Shown piece by piece: positions 12,588-26,384 of a stretch of 64,000 bases of DNA. A program made the translations under genes and the position numbers. Every line of letters starts with the position of its first letter. Positions within the stretch are counted from its first letter, which is position 1. Source of the stretch: Hemiscyllium ocellatum (Eukaryota); NCBI RefSeq assembly GCF_020745735.1, contig NW_026867571.1:1390491-1454490 (forward strand). The letters run 5' to 3'. Below the pieces are notes generated by a model. The model saw only the letters and a list, made by a program, of their open reading frames with translations, had not been told where the DNA came from and did no database searches.

Positions 12588-13749
12588 AGAGGGAATTAAT
12601 ATTAGGATATTGAGGGATATGCAATTAGATGTCTCGGAATCCACAACATGGAAAGAGGCCCTTTCGCTCAAGATGTCGATACTGATCATTTTTCACAATA
12701 GAAACTGCTCCCATTTTCCAGTATTTAGTCCGTGTCCCTCTACTCCTATCCATACGCATGCCGCAATTCTTCTTAAGTAACAAAACCGCATTCACTTTCA
12801 CCAATATCTCTCGCAGGCTGTTCTAGACACTCACGATCCTGTACATGAAAACAGTTATCACCAACCCATTTTTATGTCTCCCTCTCACCTTTAACCTATG
12901 CCGTCTGGAATTAGACTCCCCTATCACGCTGGCTATCAAATTTGTCTATGCCTCTCATGACTGACATGATACACAAACTTTAATCAGAAATTTTCAGATT
13001 TGGGTGAACCATAGGTAATTAGCCCTCTGTTGCAAACGTACAATTTTACCAAATCTAGGAATTATGTCTCAAATGAAAGGTAAAAAACGCATCCAGGCCC
13101 ATTCCTACATCCTAGAGAATGCAGTAAATAGGACGCATCGGTCCTTTGAGCCTGGTTTGATGTTCAGTGTGGATGTGACTGCTCCCCGATTTAAACTCTA
13201 CTTCCCTGTCTTGTCCTCTTATGCCGACGTTCTCAGAAAGACGAACAATATTTGTCCCGGTCTGAAATGTATTCAGTAAAGCAGTGAACGCAACCAACAC
13301 AGAATATGTTAGGAGTGCTATTAGGTCGACAGAGTTTGTTCAGATAGAATCGGAGCGAACATTTCAGGTTCGGAGTGACTTCTTTCGAACTAAATTTGTG
13401 TGTTCACATTTCAATTACGAGTGTATGGGAGGAGCTGGATTGTGTCTGGGGAATGTGGTTTGGTACAGAGCAACACGTATTGGGAATGGAAGGGTAAAAG
13501 TTGCGATGTTGAAGAGAGTGGGATGTGTTGAAGGATAAAGGGTGAATATACAAACACATGAATCAGGAACAGTAAGAACGGCATTCAGCTACACAAAGTA
13601 TCCTCATCATTCAATGAGAATTGCTAATTATTTTGAGTTTTGATCTCCAAACCGATATCCACTTTGATTCGTCAACAGTTTGACTCTACCTTAAACATTT
13701 TCAATGTACTCCACTCCAACAACTTCTGAAAATTCAAATTCCGAACACA

Positions 13750-16310
13750 TCTGCAATCTGTTCCTATGGCAACGGCCGTGAACTCATTCTCAACGTATTA
13801 TGCTCGCAATGGCCTTTCACCGCATCACCACTCTCCTCTCCCAGCAACGTCCTATGAACCCATTCCCATTGTGTTCTCCTCACGAGCGTCTGTACACCCA
13901 TCCTACGATTCTCTCGTTGGAAAGGCCTCTGAACCAATCCCACTGTGTTCTCCTCGCAACAGCCGTTGGCCACATCCTCCATCTACTCCCGTAACAACGT
14001 TTTGTAAACTGATTCTCACTCTCTTCACCAAGTAAAGACCTGTGAACCCATCGCTACATTATTGCCTTAGCAACAGCCTGTAAAAGCATCCGCACTGTTC
14101 TCCTTGCAACCGCCTCTCAGTCCAACCTCACACTGTTCCCTTCGCATACACCGATGATTCAATCCCAATGCTTCTCCCCGAGCAATGGCCTGTGAACACA
14201 TCCCAACTCTGTTTCCCTTTCAACACGCTGATGTCATATCTACTTTATTCTCCCAAGAACCCAGTACCACTTTACTCCCCTAGCAACTAACAAAGCAACA
14301 TCCCTAATCTGTTGTCATAGAAACGTCAGTGAAACCATCCTCACTCTCCTCTTCCAGAAAGGGCCTGTTGCCCCATTCCCACATTGTTCCCCTTGTTACA
14401 GCCTGTGACCCCAACACTGCAACTTTCAGCTACCAAAGGCCATTAACCCAATGCCCCCCTACGTTCCCCTAGCAATAGACTCTGCAAGCATTCCCATTCT
14501 GTACTTTTAGCAACGGCCTCAATGCCATTCTCATGCTGTTGACCTAGCACTGGCCTTTGAACGCAACCTAACTATGTTCTCCGAGCGTCCCGAGTCTGCT
14601 CACTGAGCAAAGGCCTGTAATAGGTCCTCACTGTATGTTCCCAACAACAGCATGTGAACCCATTGAGGCCTTGATTCCTTAGCAACAGCATGTGATTCTG
14701 TCTCTTCTCTGTTTTCCGTGCAAGGACCTGCCAAGGGATTTGCAGTATGTGTTTGCACCAGTATTCACGACCTGTTAACGCATCCCAACTGTGTACTCCT
14801 AACAACAGCCAGTGACTCCATTCCCACCCTGTGTCACGAACAATGACTGATGAAACATCCCCAATCTGTTATTGAAGTAATGACGTCTGAACTCATCACC
14901 ACTTTATTCCCCTAGAAGCGACCTGAGCAAGTATCTGCATTTTTTTCTTGTAACCATGGCCGCTAATCCCATCCTCAATCCCTTTACTCGTTTCTTCCAT
15001 CCACGTTCTGTGACCCGATTTCTGCTCTATTCTCCTAGCTATCGCAGTGACCCCATCCTCACTCTGTTCCCCTAGCTCGCACCTGTAAACTCATCCTCAC
15101 TCTGTTTCCTAAACAATGGACTGTGACAGCATCCTCGCTCTGCCCTTCCAGAAACGGTCTCTGACGTCATCCCACTCTGTTGTCCTAGCACGAGCCAGTG
15201 ACACAACCTTCACTCTCTTCCCGTAGCAAATGTCTGTGACCCCATCCCCACTCTTTTGTCCTAGTAGCGGCCTCTGTACATATCGCCACTTGGAACTCCA
15301 TCACCACATTTTTCTCCTAAAAACTGCCTATGACCTGTCATTCCTTTGTTCTCCGAGCAACTACCTGTGACCCCACCAGACTCTTTACTACTGGCGACAG
15401 CCTTTGAATCCATCGGCAATTTGTTGCCTAACGCACCTGTGCACCCATTACCAGTCTGTTTCCGTAGCAACGTTCTGTGTCCCAATCCCCAACTGTTCTC
15501 TTCACAAACGCTTTGACGCTATCCCCACCTTGCTCCCCTAGTTCCCTAGCCTGTGAACGCTTCTCCAATCTATTGTCCAAGCAATGTACTCTGATCCAAT
15601 CCCCAATCTGTTCTCCTCGCAATAGCCTGTGAACCCGATCCTGGTCTGTTCCCCTTGCCATAGCCCGTGACCCCTTCCGCAGTCTGTTTACCTAGCAACG
15701 GCCCTTGAACCCATTCCCTCTCTCTTCTAATAGGGAAGGCGTTAGAACCCAACCCAACACCGTTCTCGCAGCAACGGTCTGACAATCTATCGCTACTCTG
15801 TTCCCCGAGTAACGGTCTCTGTAGCATTCCCGACTTTGTTCCACTCCCAACGGCGTCCGAACCCATCCACACTCTGCTGAACTTGCAACACACTGTGAAC
15901 ACATTAATAATGTGTTCCACGAACAAAGCCTGTGACCACATCCCAACCCGATACTCCTTGTAACAGACTGTGAATTCATCCCCAAACTATGCCCCTTGCA
16001 ACGGGTTATTACACATACCCACACTCTATTTCCCGACAAAAAGCCTGCGATCCTATTCCAACACTCTTCCCGAGCAACGGTCTGTGAGGTCGCCCCTGTT
16101 CTCTTCTCCGAGCAATGACTTGTGACTTCATCCTCTATCTGTGGCCCTAGCAAAGGCCTGTGACCCTATACCCAGTCTGTTACCTTAACTGATGACCAAT
16201 TCCACTCTGTAGGCTGAGAACTGGCCTGTGATCCCATGTCCACCCTATTCTGTGAACAATCTATTGGATTGTGACGCCAATACACAGTGCTCGCTGAGCA
16301 ACAACCTTTC
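13750..16310. repeat. Degenerate tandem array A, ~38-bp unit
   Basis: Consensus by eye CCCATCCCCACTCTGTTCTCCTAGCAACGGCCTGTGAA, roughly 65-70 diverged units. Confidence 0.85.
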
Positions 16311-16544
16311 CACTCATCACTCTAGAATGAAACACAAGCGTGACTTAAAATAGTGTGAGAGATATTGGGAGATGCAAATAGTGCGAGAGAGGGAAAGTGA
16401 AGGAGAATGGGGCAGGATGTTTATCAACAGAGGTGAAAGCAAGTATAGAGTAACTTAAACCCAACACCTGAGTTCGACGTTCGTTCCCTCCCCTTCTGTC
16501 AACCTGGACGTGAGGCCGAAACTGTTTCTCCCCTTTAACTAAAC

Positions 16545-19500
16545 CATCATCTCACTCACTCCCTTGCCCATACCCTTCCGTTTACTAACCTGCCCGCAGA
16601 CTCTCCAATATCAACTTCACTCCCTGACACATTCCTGACCATCGCCCTTACTCCCCCACACAATCCCACACCATCAAGCTCCCTCACCCACACACTCTAT
16701 CATTGCCATGCGCACTTCCTCGCACACTCTACCACTGTCACGCTCACTCCCGCCACACACCTTCACCATCACCTTCAGACCATCGCAATTGCACTCAACC
16801 ATCATGCTCACTTCATTGCATTGCAACACTCACTCCCCCACACTCCCAACTGTTCCGCTCACTCCCCCACACATTCTCCCCACTGTCAACCTCACACCCA
16901 CAGTCACGCTCAATCCTCTGCCTATTCGACCGCCCTTAATCTCACTACCTAATACACTACAAAGCCATCGCGCTCATGCCTCCACAAACTCGCCCACACA
17001 CTGACATGCTCACTGCCCCACATCCCCTCAACCAGCATACTGACTTTCCGGCACATTGCCCCGCCTATCCTGTCCACATCCCTGCACTTGCCTCACTACT
17101 CCCCCGGACACTGACCCACTGTCCTGTTAATTCTATTGCACAATTACACACAATCTCGCTCAGCCCCCACAAACTGTCCGACCACTCGGGACACTAGGAG
17201 AACATAGTAAGGTTGCGTTCAAAGGCCAGTGCTAGATGAACAGCATGAGAATGGAATTGAGGCCGTTGCTTAAAATACAGAATGGGAATGCTTGCGCAGT
17301 CCATTGCTCGGGGAACACAGGGAGGATTGTGTTAATGGCCCTTGGTAGCTGAAAGGTGTGATGTTGGGATCGCAGGCAGTAGCAAGGGCAACAGTGTGGG
17401 AATGGGGCAACACTCACTCTCCCACACACTCGCAAACCATCATGCTCACCGTGCCGCACACACCACTGTCGTACTCACTCCTCCACACATATCCCACTGT
17501 AATGCTCATTCCTGACACACTCTATTCCTTCGTCGCAATTACTCCCCTACACATTCCCACAATGTCACGTTGACTCCTCCAGTAATTTTCTCACCATTGC
17601 AGTCAGTATCCTGTGCAGAGCCTCACAGACACTAACCTGTGCACAGCCTCACAGACACTCTCACCATCAAGCATACTCCCCCACCATGACGCTCACTCCC
17701 CCTCACTCTCCCCAACTGTCACCATCAATCCATCACAAACTTCTCCACCATTACGCTTTGCTGTTGTCACATCCACCGCTTCAGTCATTTCCCAACATAT
17801 TACCCAACGTCATGCTCACTGCTGCCCATACTACCAATATCAATCTCACAGCACCACAAACGTCCCCGCTGTCACGCTGATACAATCATACACTCCCCTG
17901 CCAACAGACTCACTCCTCTACACAGTCCCACACCGTCGCACTCACTACCCTATGCACTCTTCAACTATTAGACTCTGATCCCTATGCACTCCCGCACTGT
18001 CAAATCGACTCTCCCGCATAGCCCTCCATTGTCACACTAACTCCCTCACAACATTCCCCACTGACACGTTTGCTATCCCGCATACAAACCCACCGTCATG
18101 TTCACTCTCCTATGCACACAATCAACATCATACTCACTCCCCTGCATGCACCCCAACTGTTATGTGCCTTCCCCCTCACTCTCTCTCAAAATTGCACACA
18201 CTCCCCTGAACACTCCCACACCATCACGCTCACTTCCCCACACGCTGCCACAATGCCAGCCTTACACCACTACACACTTGACCACCTCTACGCCGAATCC
18301 TCCGCTCACTCCCGCGCTGTAAAATTCACGCCTCTACACAGTCCCACATTATCGTACTCACTATCCCAACGTCAAACTGATGCTCTCCAAGACTACAACA
18401 CTATCAGGCTCACTTCCTCGGGCACGCCCCACCGTCACACTCACTTCCCCACACATTCCCACACCGTCATACTCAGTCTCAAGTTCAATTCCCCACCATT
18501 AAACTCACGCTTATGCAACCACATGCATATCATGCAATATCCTCCGTGCGCTCACCCATAGTCACACTCATGCCCCCGATCTCTCTCCTGCTGTCACAAC
18601 TCGCTCTTCTGCAGACTCCCACACCATCATGTTCACTCCTTGCATACTCCCCCACCGTTACTTTTACTCATCCACAATTTTGTCACACCCCATGTGCTGC
18701 CCCACAATCACGCCCACACTTGCACACTCCACCACCTTTGTGCTCAGTTGGCCAAACTCACATTGATCGTTAATCTCACTCTCCCACATACTCCCACGCC
18801 GTCACACCTGCTCTCTACACTCTTCCCACCAACACTCACTCCCCCAAAGCTCGCCTATCGTTAACCACACACCGACACGCTTCCTCTCCATCATGGTGAC
18901 TAACCATGCACTCCCGTACTGTCAAACTCAATACCGTCCAACACTGTCACACTCACTCTCCCATGCACGTCCTCACCGTCAAACTGACTCCTCCACACAC
19001 TCCCACAACATCAGACTCCTTTCCGTGCACATTCCCCCAATGAATTACTCACTCCCCAACGCATTCCCCAACCATTACACTCACACCATCACGCATACAG
19101 CCACAGTCTCACTCATTCTCCCGTGCACATCCTTGCCGCCAAACACTCTCCCTGAAATCTCCCTCACCATGATACTCACTCCCCACATACCCCCGCTCTT
19201 AATTTCACTCTCCCACCATTATCTCCACTCCCCCTGCACTTCCCTACCATCGCCCTCACACCTCTGCAATCGCCCCCACCACAATGCTCAGTTCCCGTCT
19301 CACAACTTGACCGTGATGTTCACTCTCCCACGCAGTGCACACCCCGTCACATTCCCTCCCCACACTCTCCCCACCATCACACTCACTTCTGCAACACTGC
19401 CAGCACACTCCCTGATGATCACACTCACTACCCCGCACACTCCTACAGTTTCAGCCTAACGTGCCCAACAACACGCTCACTCCGCTACACGCCGTCCTGC

Positions 19501-21235
19501 TCAATCCTTTTAACACTCCAACACCATCATGTCCACAAGCCCGCACAATCCACTACTGTCAAGATCCCTCCCCTGCACATTCTCCAACTGTCACACTCAG
19601 TCCACCAAGCACTCCCGCATAGTCATAGTCATTTCCCTATACATACACTACCGGCTCAGAAAATCCCCTGCACAAACCACCACTTGCACGCTCACTCTCA
19701 CACACAATCCCCGGGTGTCAACCTCACGCCGCCATACATTTCCCCAACATCACGCTGACTCCTCCCTAAACTTCCACCCAATCATGTTCACTCCCAGCAC
19801 ACTCCACCACTGTCATGCTCACTCCTGCACACACTGCACAACCGTCACACTCATTCCTCTTACACTCCCACATTGTCACACTCACTCCCCAACAGCCTCC
19901 CCAACGTCAACCTCAGGACCCCACACATTTCTACACCATCACACTCACATCACCTATCTTCAAACTCACCCGCCCATACAATGCTGCATCATCACACCCA
20001 CTCCCTGCTACTCGCCCACCATCACGCCCACACGCTATTGTCGTGCTCACGGCTGCATACTCCCACACCTTCACACTAATTCCCATGCCCACTGCCCCCT
20101 GTCACATTCACTGGCATGCACAGTCCATCATCAGCGCAATCACTCCCCCACGCACTTCCCTGGCATAAAACTCACTCCCTTGCGCAGTTCAAAAATGCTA
20201 CACGTCTCCTCCATGCAATGACCCATAGTCATACTCATGCCCTGACCTCTCTGTTTTGTCAAACTCCCTCATCCACAGACTCACCCCATTATTACTTTCG
20301 CTCAAACACCATTTGCTACACTCTCTGCACTGCCACACCAGCACGCTTACATCGCTACACTCTCTTCGTGCATCATGCTCAGTTCTCCAAACTCCTCGAC
20401 CGTCATGTCCAAACCCCCGCACACTCCCACACCGTCATACTCACTCACAATACTGTCACCCGCCGTCACATTCGTTCCCCACACACACTCCGCAAGTGGC
20501 AAACTCACACCTCCACACACTTTCCCAAAGTCACCCTGACTCCCTCCCTCGTTCCCGCACTATCAATCTCATAGCCTAACCGTCGAACATCTCCACACAC
20601 ACCAGAAACACTCCCCCACTGTGAAAATAACTCCCCCTCACAGACCCACACCATCTGCACACTCCCCCACTGCATTGCTCACTCCCCCGCACACTCGCCA
20701 ACCACTGGACTCACTCCATCACGCACTGCCCAAAAATCATACTCTCTCACGCCCTTCCCAGTCATCAAACCTACTCCCTGCTCAGTCCCTCATCGTCACC
20801 CAGTCGGTTCCATGCACCCACCCATTATCACACTCGTGCATCTCATCTCTCCCTCACTGTCAAACTCCCTCCTCTGCAAACTCGGTCGCCATAATAATAA
20901 CTCCCCACTCACGCCCCCACTGTTACCTTCACTCTCCCACCATCATGCCCCCTCTTTGCAAACTGCTTCCACTTCACCCTCACACAGCCGCAGTCTACCA
21001 GCCTTTATGCTCATATACCGTCACGCTTACTCATTCAAGCCCTTATACACTATAACATTCACTCTGTACTGTGTCCCCCACCATCACACTCATTCCCCAC
21101 CGACTGCCCCATTGTCCTGCTCACTCCTTTGCATCCTCCCCAACCATCACATTCCCGCACACTCCCCCCACCACAGCTCTCAATTTCCCATCACTCTCCC
21201 ACTGTACTGCTTGTACCCCACACACTCTCTGCCAT
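16545..21235. repeat. Degenerate tandem array B, ~30-33-bp C/A-rich unit
   Basis: Consensus by eye CTCACTCCCCCACACACTCCCCCACTGTCACG. Plus strand is strongly G-depleted; roughly 140-150 units. Confidence 0.85.
17197..17412 (-). repeat. Inverted copy of 14366-14582 inserted in array B
   Basis: Manual alignment shows ~26 differences over ~217 nt (~88% identity). Confidence 0.92.
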
Positions 21236-21725
21236 GAGCACTGGCCATCGAACTCCTGCCCTGTTGATCCCCGATAAATTGCCCTTGTCCCCATACCCAC
21301 TCTGTTTTCTTATTCAATGACACTGTGTCACACACAAACTGTTCGATGTGTCATCGACTTTTGTCCCATCCACACTCGTTAGCCCCAGCCACAACCTGTG
21401 TTCCTCCATTACGCTTACCCTCGAGTAACGCACGGTGTTCTCACACTAATTGTGTCCTCTCGCAACAGAATTTGTACCAATGCACATATTGTGTTGCCAA
21501 GCACCGGCGTTCGGCCCAAGCCCCATACTGTGCTCCCTAGCAACTATCTTCAGCTCCAAACACTCCCTCTATTCCTCTAACAGTCTCAACAAACCTATAT
21601 GTTCCCCGCGCAACATCCAAAAGCTCAGCAACCTGATCTGTTACATGAGCAACAGCTTGAAGCTCCACACTGCACCTCTCTTCCACGAGCAAAGGCGTGA
21701 AGCTTCACACCCCCCTCTGTTACCT
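21235..21725. repeat. Second, more decayed block of array A-type units
   Basis: Units such as CCCATACTGTGCTCCCTAGCAAC and CCCTCTATTCCTCTAACAGTCTC. Confidence 0.65.
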
Positions 21726-22109
21726 CAGAATTTTAAGATGAGAAGTGATTCAAAGAAGAGATATTTGGAAAGAGGGAAATTGGGATTTAGAGATTCAAGC
21801 CGGAGAGAGAGTGAAGGGTAATAAGGAATGGAGGGGCAGTGAAATGGAGTGTGGAAATGGAAATGGGAATAGGGAAGGAAAGATAGAGCCAGAGGGACAG
21901 TGTGAGAATGGGAGGGAGATGTGGAGGAAGCAGGACAAAGGGACGGAGATGAATTCGGCCTAAGGACAGGTCAGAGTTGGAAACCTCGAGGATAAAGCAA
22001 GGGCAGAGTGATGGAAACCGAACTGCTCTGCTCCATCGCGGTGCTTTCCCCTCTCCTGAAGACCAGGACTTCGGGCTGCGTCTGTCACTCTCCAGCTCCG
22101 TTTCATCAA

Positions 22110-22175
22110 CACAAAGAGAAACAACAAAAAAAAATTCACACAGTTGTTTGGCACATTTTAATGAACATTTTTATT
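22110..22175 (-). terminator. Polyadenylation signal and downstream U/GU-rich element of the GPCR
   Basis: Minus-strand AATAAA at 22175-22170 with ATTAAA just after it, about 200 nt past the stop codon, followed by a T/GT-rich tract (TTTTTTTGTTGTTTCTCTTTGTGTTG). Confidence 0.7.
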
Positions 22176-22373
22176 CTTTACAAATTGCAGTGATAGACGC
22201 AGTTACTGGGTTGGTGCGTTTTCTACTGACCCTTGAATTAAGAGAAACATTAAAACGTGTCCTTGTGTGATAAGACTGGACATACCGGCACTATCCTGAG
22301 TCACTTGTCATAGCGACAGGCTGCTCCATCGCTGAAACACTTAACTGAAATGAGAAAACCCCGGATGGATAGA

Positions 22374-23284
22374 TTAATGAGTGAATTTAATTGATTTTTG
22401 AATTTGGGTGAAGGGATATTTCAGCACATTCTTCATTTGTTGCCTGAACTTAGTCTGGGTCACAGCATAAATCGCGGTGTTTGTGCAGCAGCTGAGGAGC
22501 TGCAACATGAAGCCGGATTCTCGAACAACGGGATGGATATATACAGGGGAATCACCAATAAACCGCAACCGGTACCATATAGAAAACGCCATTAACATTG
22601 ACCATAACAGGATGAAATTGGCTGAGATCACAAACAATAAAACAATGGATTTTTTTCGGTTTCTCATTTCTGTGTCAGACTGAGCGTCCCCATTGGTGTG
22701 AGCGCGGAGTCTCCTGCGGGCTCTGCTGCTCACTAAAATATGTCTGACGGTGAAAACATTGAGCAACAGAATCAGGAGAAAAGGAAGAGCTGGAGTTAAA
22801 ATGTTGTGGAGGAACTCGATTGTACCCCACACACTGGAGTATACAACATCATCTGTTGTATCACAAAACCAGGGAACGTTCCTCAGTTTATACCTAGCTG
22901 TGAGCATAAAATACCAGAAAATGTTCTTTAAAAAGCTCAGCACAGTCACAGCTCCCAGAACAACAGCCGCCGTTTTCTCACTGCAATATTTACTTTTCAG
23001 CTTCTGGCAACAAATGGCTACAAACCGATCAAAGGTGAAAGTGACGGTGAACCAGACAGAGCAGTCAGTGGCTGCATAAAGCAGGACGGCGTGGATATTA
23101 CACACGGGGACGGAGTCGATCAGGAAATACAGCTGGTCCCGATAAACAATGGGAATGTGTCTCAATATCAGGTCGAAAATAATGACCAGTAGATCAGCCA
23201 CTGCCATGGCCTCGAGGTAATGCCTGACACATGGAGACAAACCACAATCTTTACAAAGCAGGACGTGGACCGTCACTATGTTAA
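22374..23284 (-). CDS. Exon 2 (end of TM1 to TM7 and C-tail) of the GPR139/GPR142-like GPCR
   Basis: Acceptor tttgtttcttttccttcctcacAG (AG 23286-23285) with a CTGAT branch-like motif at ~23319-23315. Uninterrupted frame (V)NIVTVHVLL..YLEAMAVADLLV..PVCN..FTFDRFVAICC..PWFC..HNILTPALPF..FILLWS..CCTNTAIY..KFR to TAA at 22376-22374. Phase matches exon 1 (G+TT=Val). Spliced CDS is 1089 nt = 362 aa. Confidence 0.95.
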
Positions 23285-24059
23285 CTGTGAGGAAGGAAAA
23301 GAAACAAATTATACATCAGCCCGGAGGAAAATTTGCCAGTTTTATTGTGGAACCAGTGACATTTTTAAATGTGTCAATTTATTCAGAGATTTATTAAATT
23401 AATTGATGCCGAAATAACAAATGGAAAGGTCTGAATTATTAACAAAATGCGTCATAAAACAAAAGAATCCCTCCCTTTCCCAAATAGACATATCCATCAT
23501 AACTGATGGTTTTTCGAACGTTATCACACACTAGATCACTCGAGAGCAGACACACGTCACTTCTTTACAGGTCGTATTATAGAGGGTGAAAACGTTGCTG
23601 ATCTGAAGGATTCTCCACCAGTTCCTTGAAAAAGAACGGGGATAGGAAATTTCTGTCTTTTGCCTCAAATAGTGGTCAATCATCTGTAGTGAAGAAATGT
23701 AAATGCAAGGAAAACAATATGGTTCGCACAATATTTCGATTATTTGATGTAAAATCTTCTTTTACGATCAGACAGTGTCATCCCTTAGTCCGAGGCCTCC
23801 CAATCCCCATTTCTGTCTTATGTAATAGTCCCAGCTGTAAAATTTTCTGGATATTCAGTTCCCCAACTCGGTAATTCTGTCACCAGGTCTGACTAAAGCC
23901 ATTAAATCATATCTATTTCTTACGACGTACACACTGAATTCCTATGTGTTTTCAAAATACAATCCATATTCCTATAGAGTGCCTTTGATTCATCTTTTTA
24001 ACCCATTATTCCCTCGTCCATTTTCACTTTCATTCCTCATATTGACTCGGTCAAGAAGC

Positions 24060-24800
24060 GGCCTGACGTCGTCGTACACACAGAATCAGACCTGGTAGGT
24101 AATGTTTCCTATACCATCCCTGTGCATATCGTGTCCCATCGGCAGGACAGACTTACCCAGTGGTCGGGGTACCGTGATATGCAGTCAGGAATGGAGTTAC
24201 CCTGCAATTGCTCAACAAAGCTTCCAGAAACCGAGAAATCACATTTCAAAGATGCTCAAGAAAATCGCCCGATTTTCGACATCGACGTCCATGCATACCA
24301 CCCCTTGGTAATAACTCAGTTCCTCTCGATGTTGAAAACATATCAGAAGAAACACTGCGGATGAAAATGGAACAGGCGGACTTTGGGTATGGTGCTTCAA
24401 TGACCATGTCCAGAAGTGTTTCCACAGGCCCATCACAAACTGAGCAGGGCAAGGACACAAACACACAGCAGCCAGACTGTGGGAAGTGATGGGTGAGTCA
24501 GCAAGAGGATCTCATTCACAATGAACTACTTGTCACCAGTATATCGGTCCTCACAACATTGGCAGGAGCCCTCAGCACACAGTCTTGGTGCAGGGTAAGT
24601 CTCAGCCTTATATTGAAGGTACTGCCGACTATGTTATATTGCATTAGCTCTTGTGAATTTGGACAAATGGGAAATGCAAATGGAAACTGGGCATGCACGA
24701 GGCACTCTAGGTTGTCACCAGCTGCAGCATTAATGGTCTTCCATCCACCATAACGTCGGAAGTGGGCTATTCACTGATGGTTCCAAAATAATCAGCACCA
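24060..24800 (+). mobile_element. Decayed LINE APE-endonuclease region
   Basis: SHRQDR, VPLDVENISEETLRM and subsequent motifs typical of an elasmobranch LINE ORF2 N-terminus; multiple frameshifts. Confidence 0.55.
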
Positions 24801-25034
24801 TTCACTACTACACCCATACTGGAGCATTCTATTCAACCCATCAAGAGACTTAAACCGAAACAGAATTAGGCCATTCAGCCATTCCAGGCATTACTCAGCA
24901 ATTAGAGCAGATTCTTTAATCTCTCGTGCTTGTTACACAGGAAATGGAAGGGAACATTCAGCATTTGAAAGCTGTTACACAGGAATAGGGCGAGCAGTCC
25001 TTACTAAGCCCGAAGCAAGGTTAATATAGAGATA

Positions 25035-26115
25035 GAAAATGAAAATGTTGGCGATGGAGATACTTGCATCTAGACTAGAAGAGATTGAGGTTCCCAAGGA
25101 AAAGGTATTAGAAATACTGCAGAGTGCGAAAATAGACAAGTCTGCTGGGCCGGATGGGATCTATCCTAGGATTCTATGGGAAGCAAGGGAAGAGATTTCC
25201 GATGATTTGACACTGATCTTGAAATCATTATCATCTGCAGGAATAGTGCCTGAGGACTAGAGGATAGCAAATGTGGTTCCCCTGTTCAAAAAGGGTAGTA
25301 AAGACAACCCTGGTGATCACAGACCAGTGAGTCTCATTTCAGTTGTTGGTAAAGTGCTGGAAAAGGTTATAAGAGATAGGATTTGTAACCATCTAGAAAA
25401 GAATAATCTGACCAGGGACAGTCAGCACGGTTTTGTGAAGGGTAGGTTGTGCCTAACGAATCTCATTGACTTTTTTGACAAAGTGACCAAACAGGTAGAT
25501 GAGAGTAAACCGATTGATGTGGTGTGCATGGATTTCAGCAAGGCGTTCGATAAGGTTCCTTACAGTAGGCTACTATACAAAATGCGGAGGAATGGGATTG
25601 TGGAAGACACAGCAGTTTGGATCAGTAATTGGCTGGTTAAAAGAAAACAGAGAGTTGTAGTTGATGGAACATGTTCATCTTGGTGTCCAGTTACGAGCGG
25701 CTTACAGCAAGGGTCGATGTTGGGTCCACTGTTGTTCGTCATTTTTTATAAATGACCTGGATGAGGGCTTAGAAGGGTGGGTTCGTAAATTTGCGGACGA
25801 TACTAAGGTTGGTGGAGTTGTGGATAGCGACGAAGGATGTAGTAGGTTAGAGACATAGATAGGATGCAGAGCTGGGCTGAAAGGTGGCAAATGGAGTTTA
25901 ATGTGGACAAGTGTGAGTTGATTCACTTTGGATGGAGTAATCAGAATGCAAAGTACTGGGCTAATGGTAAGATTATTGGGAGTGCAGATGAGCAGAGAGA
26001 TCTCGGTGTCCATGTACACAGATCCCTGAAAGTTGCCACTTAGATTGACAGGGTTATTAAGAACGCATACAGTGTTTTGGCCTTTATTAATAGAGGGATT
26101 GAATTCCAGAACCAG
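25035..26115 (+). mobile_element. CR1 LINE ORF2 RT fragment
   Basis: KSAGPDGIYPRIL, VPLFKKG, RPVSL, SQHGF, DFSKAFDKV and [10 protein letters not shown], with stops and a frameshift. Confidence 0.95.
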
Positions 26116-26384
26116 CCCTAATCAGCCCTAGTTTCTTAACTATTTGCAATCTTTCTCAAAGATTTCGATAACTGGAGCAAACGTATTCAAAATAAATTCG
26201 TCAATGACGCTAAAATAGGTAGGAAATGAATTTGACAACAATAGGTGGAGAGACCGCAGTCAATAAGCAATGGACAGTAATTTTACAGATGTGATATAAC
26301 GTTGGTAACTGTGAACCTTTGAATATTGCAGGAGGTCTAAAAGGCTGCATGTGATATCAACGGAAAAGTTACGGGATTTAGTGA

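Noticed and set aside
13750-16310. ~38-bp periodic array resembling CRISPR or a coding repeat
   Set aside because: Eukaryotic context, no constant repeat plus unique spacer structure, no cas genes, and the unit length does not keep a reading frame.
16703-21320. Many overlapping His/Thr/Pro/Ser-rich ORFs up to 230 aa
   Set aside because: By-product of the G-poor C/A tandem array, which has few stop codons. ORFs occur in all plus frames and show no domain motifs.
13750-21725. Immunoglobulin switch-like region
   Set aside because: G-rich skew is present, but I see no dense AGCT/GAGCT pentamers and no Ig or TCR exons or RSS in the window.
22374-23276. Treating the 300-aa ORF as a complete single-exon gene
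   Set aside because: Its start is a GTG inside TM1. A strong acceptor lies 8 nt upstream and the missing N-terminus is found at 53243-53420.
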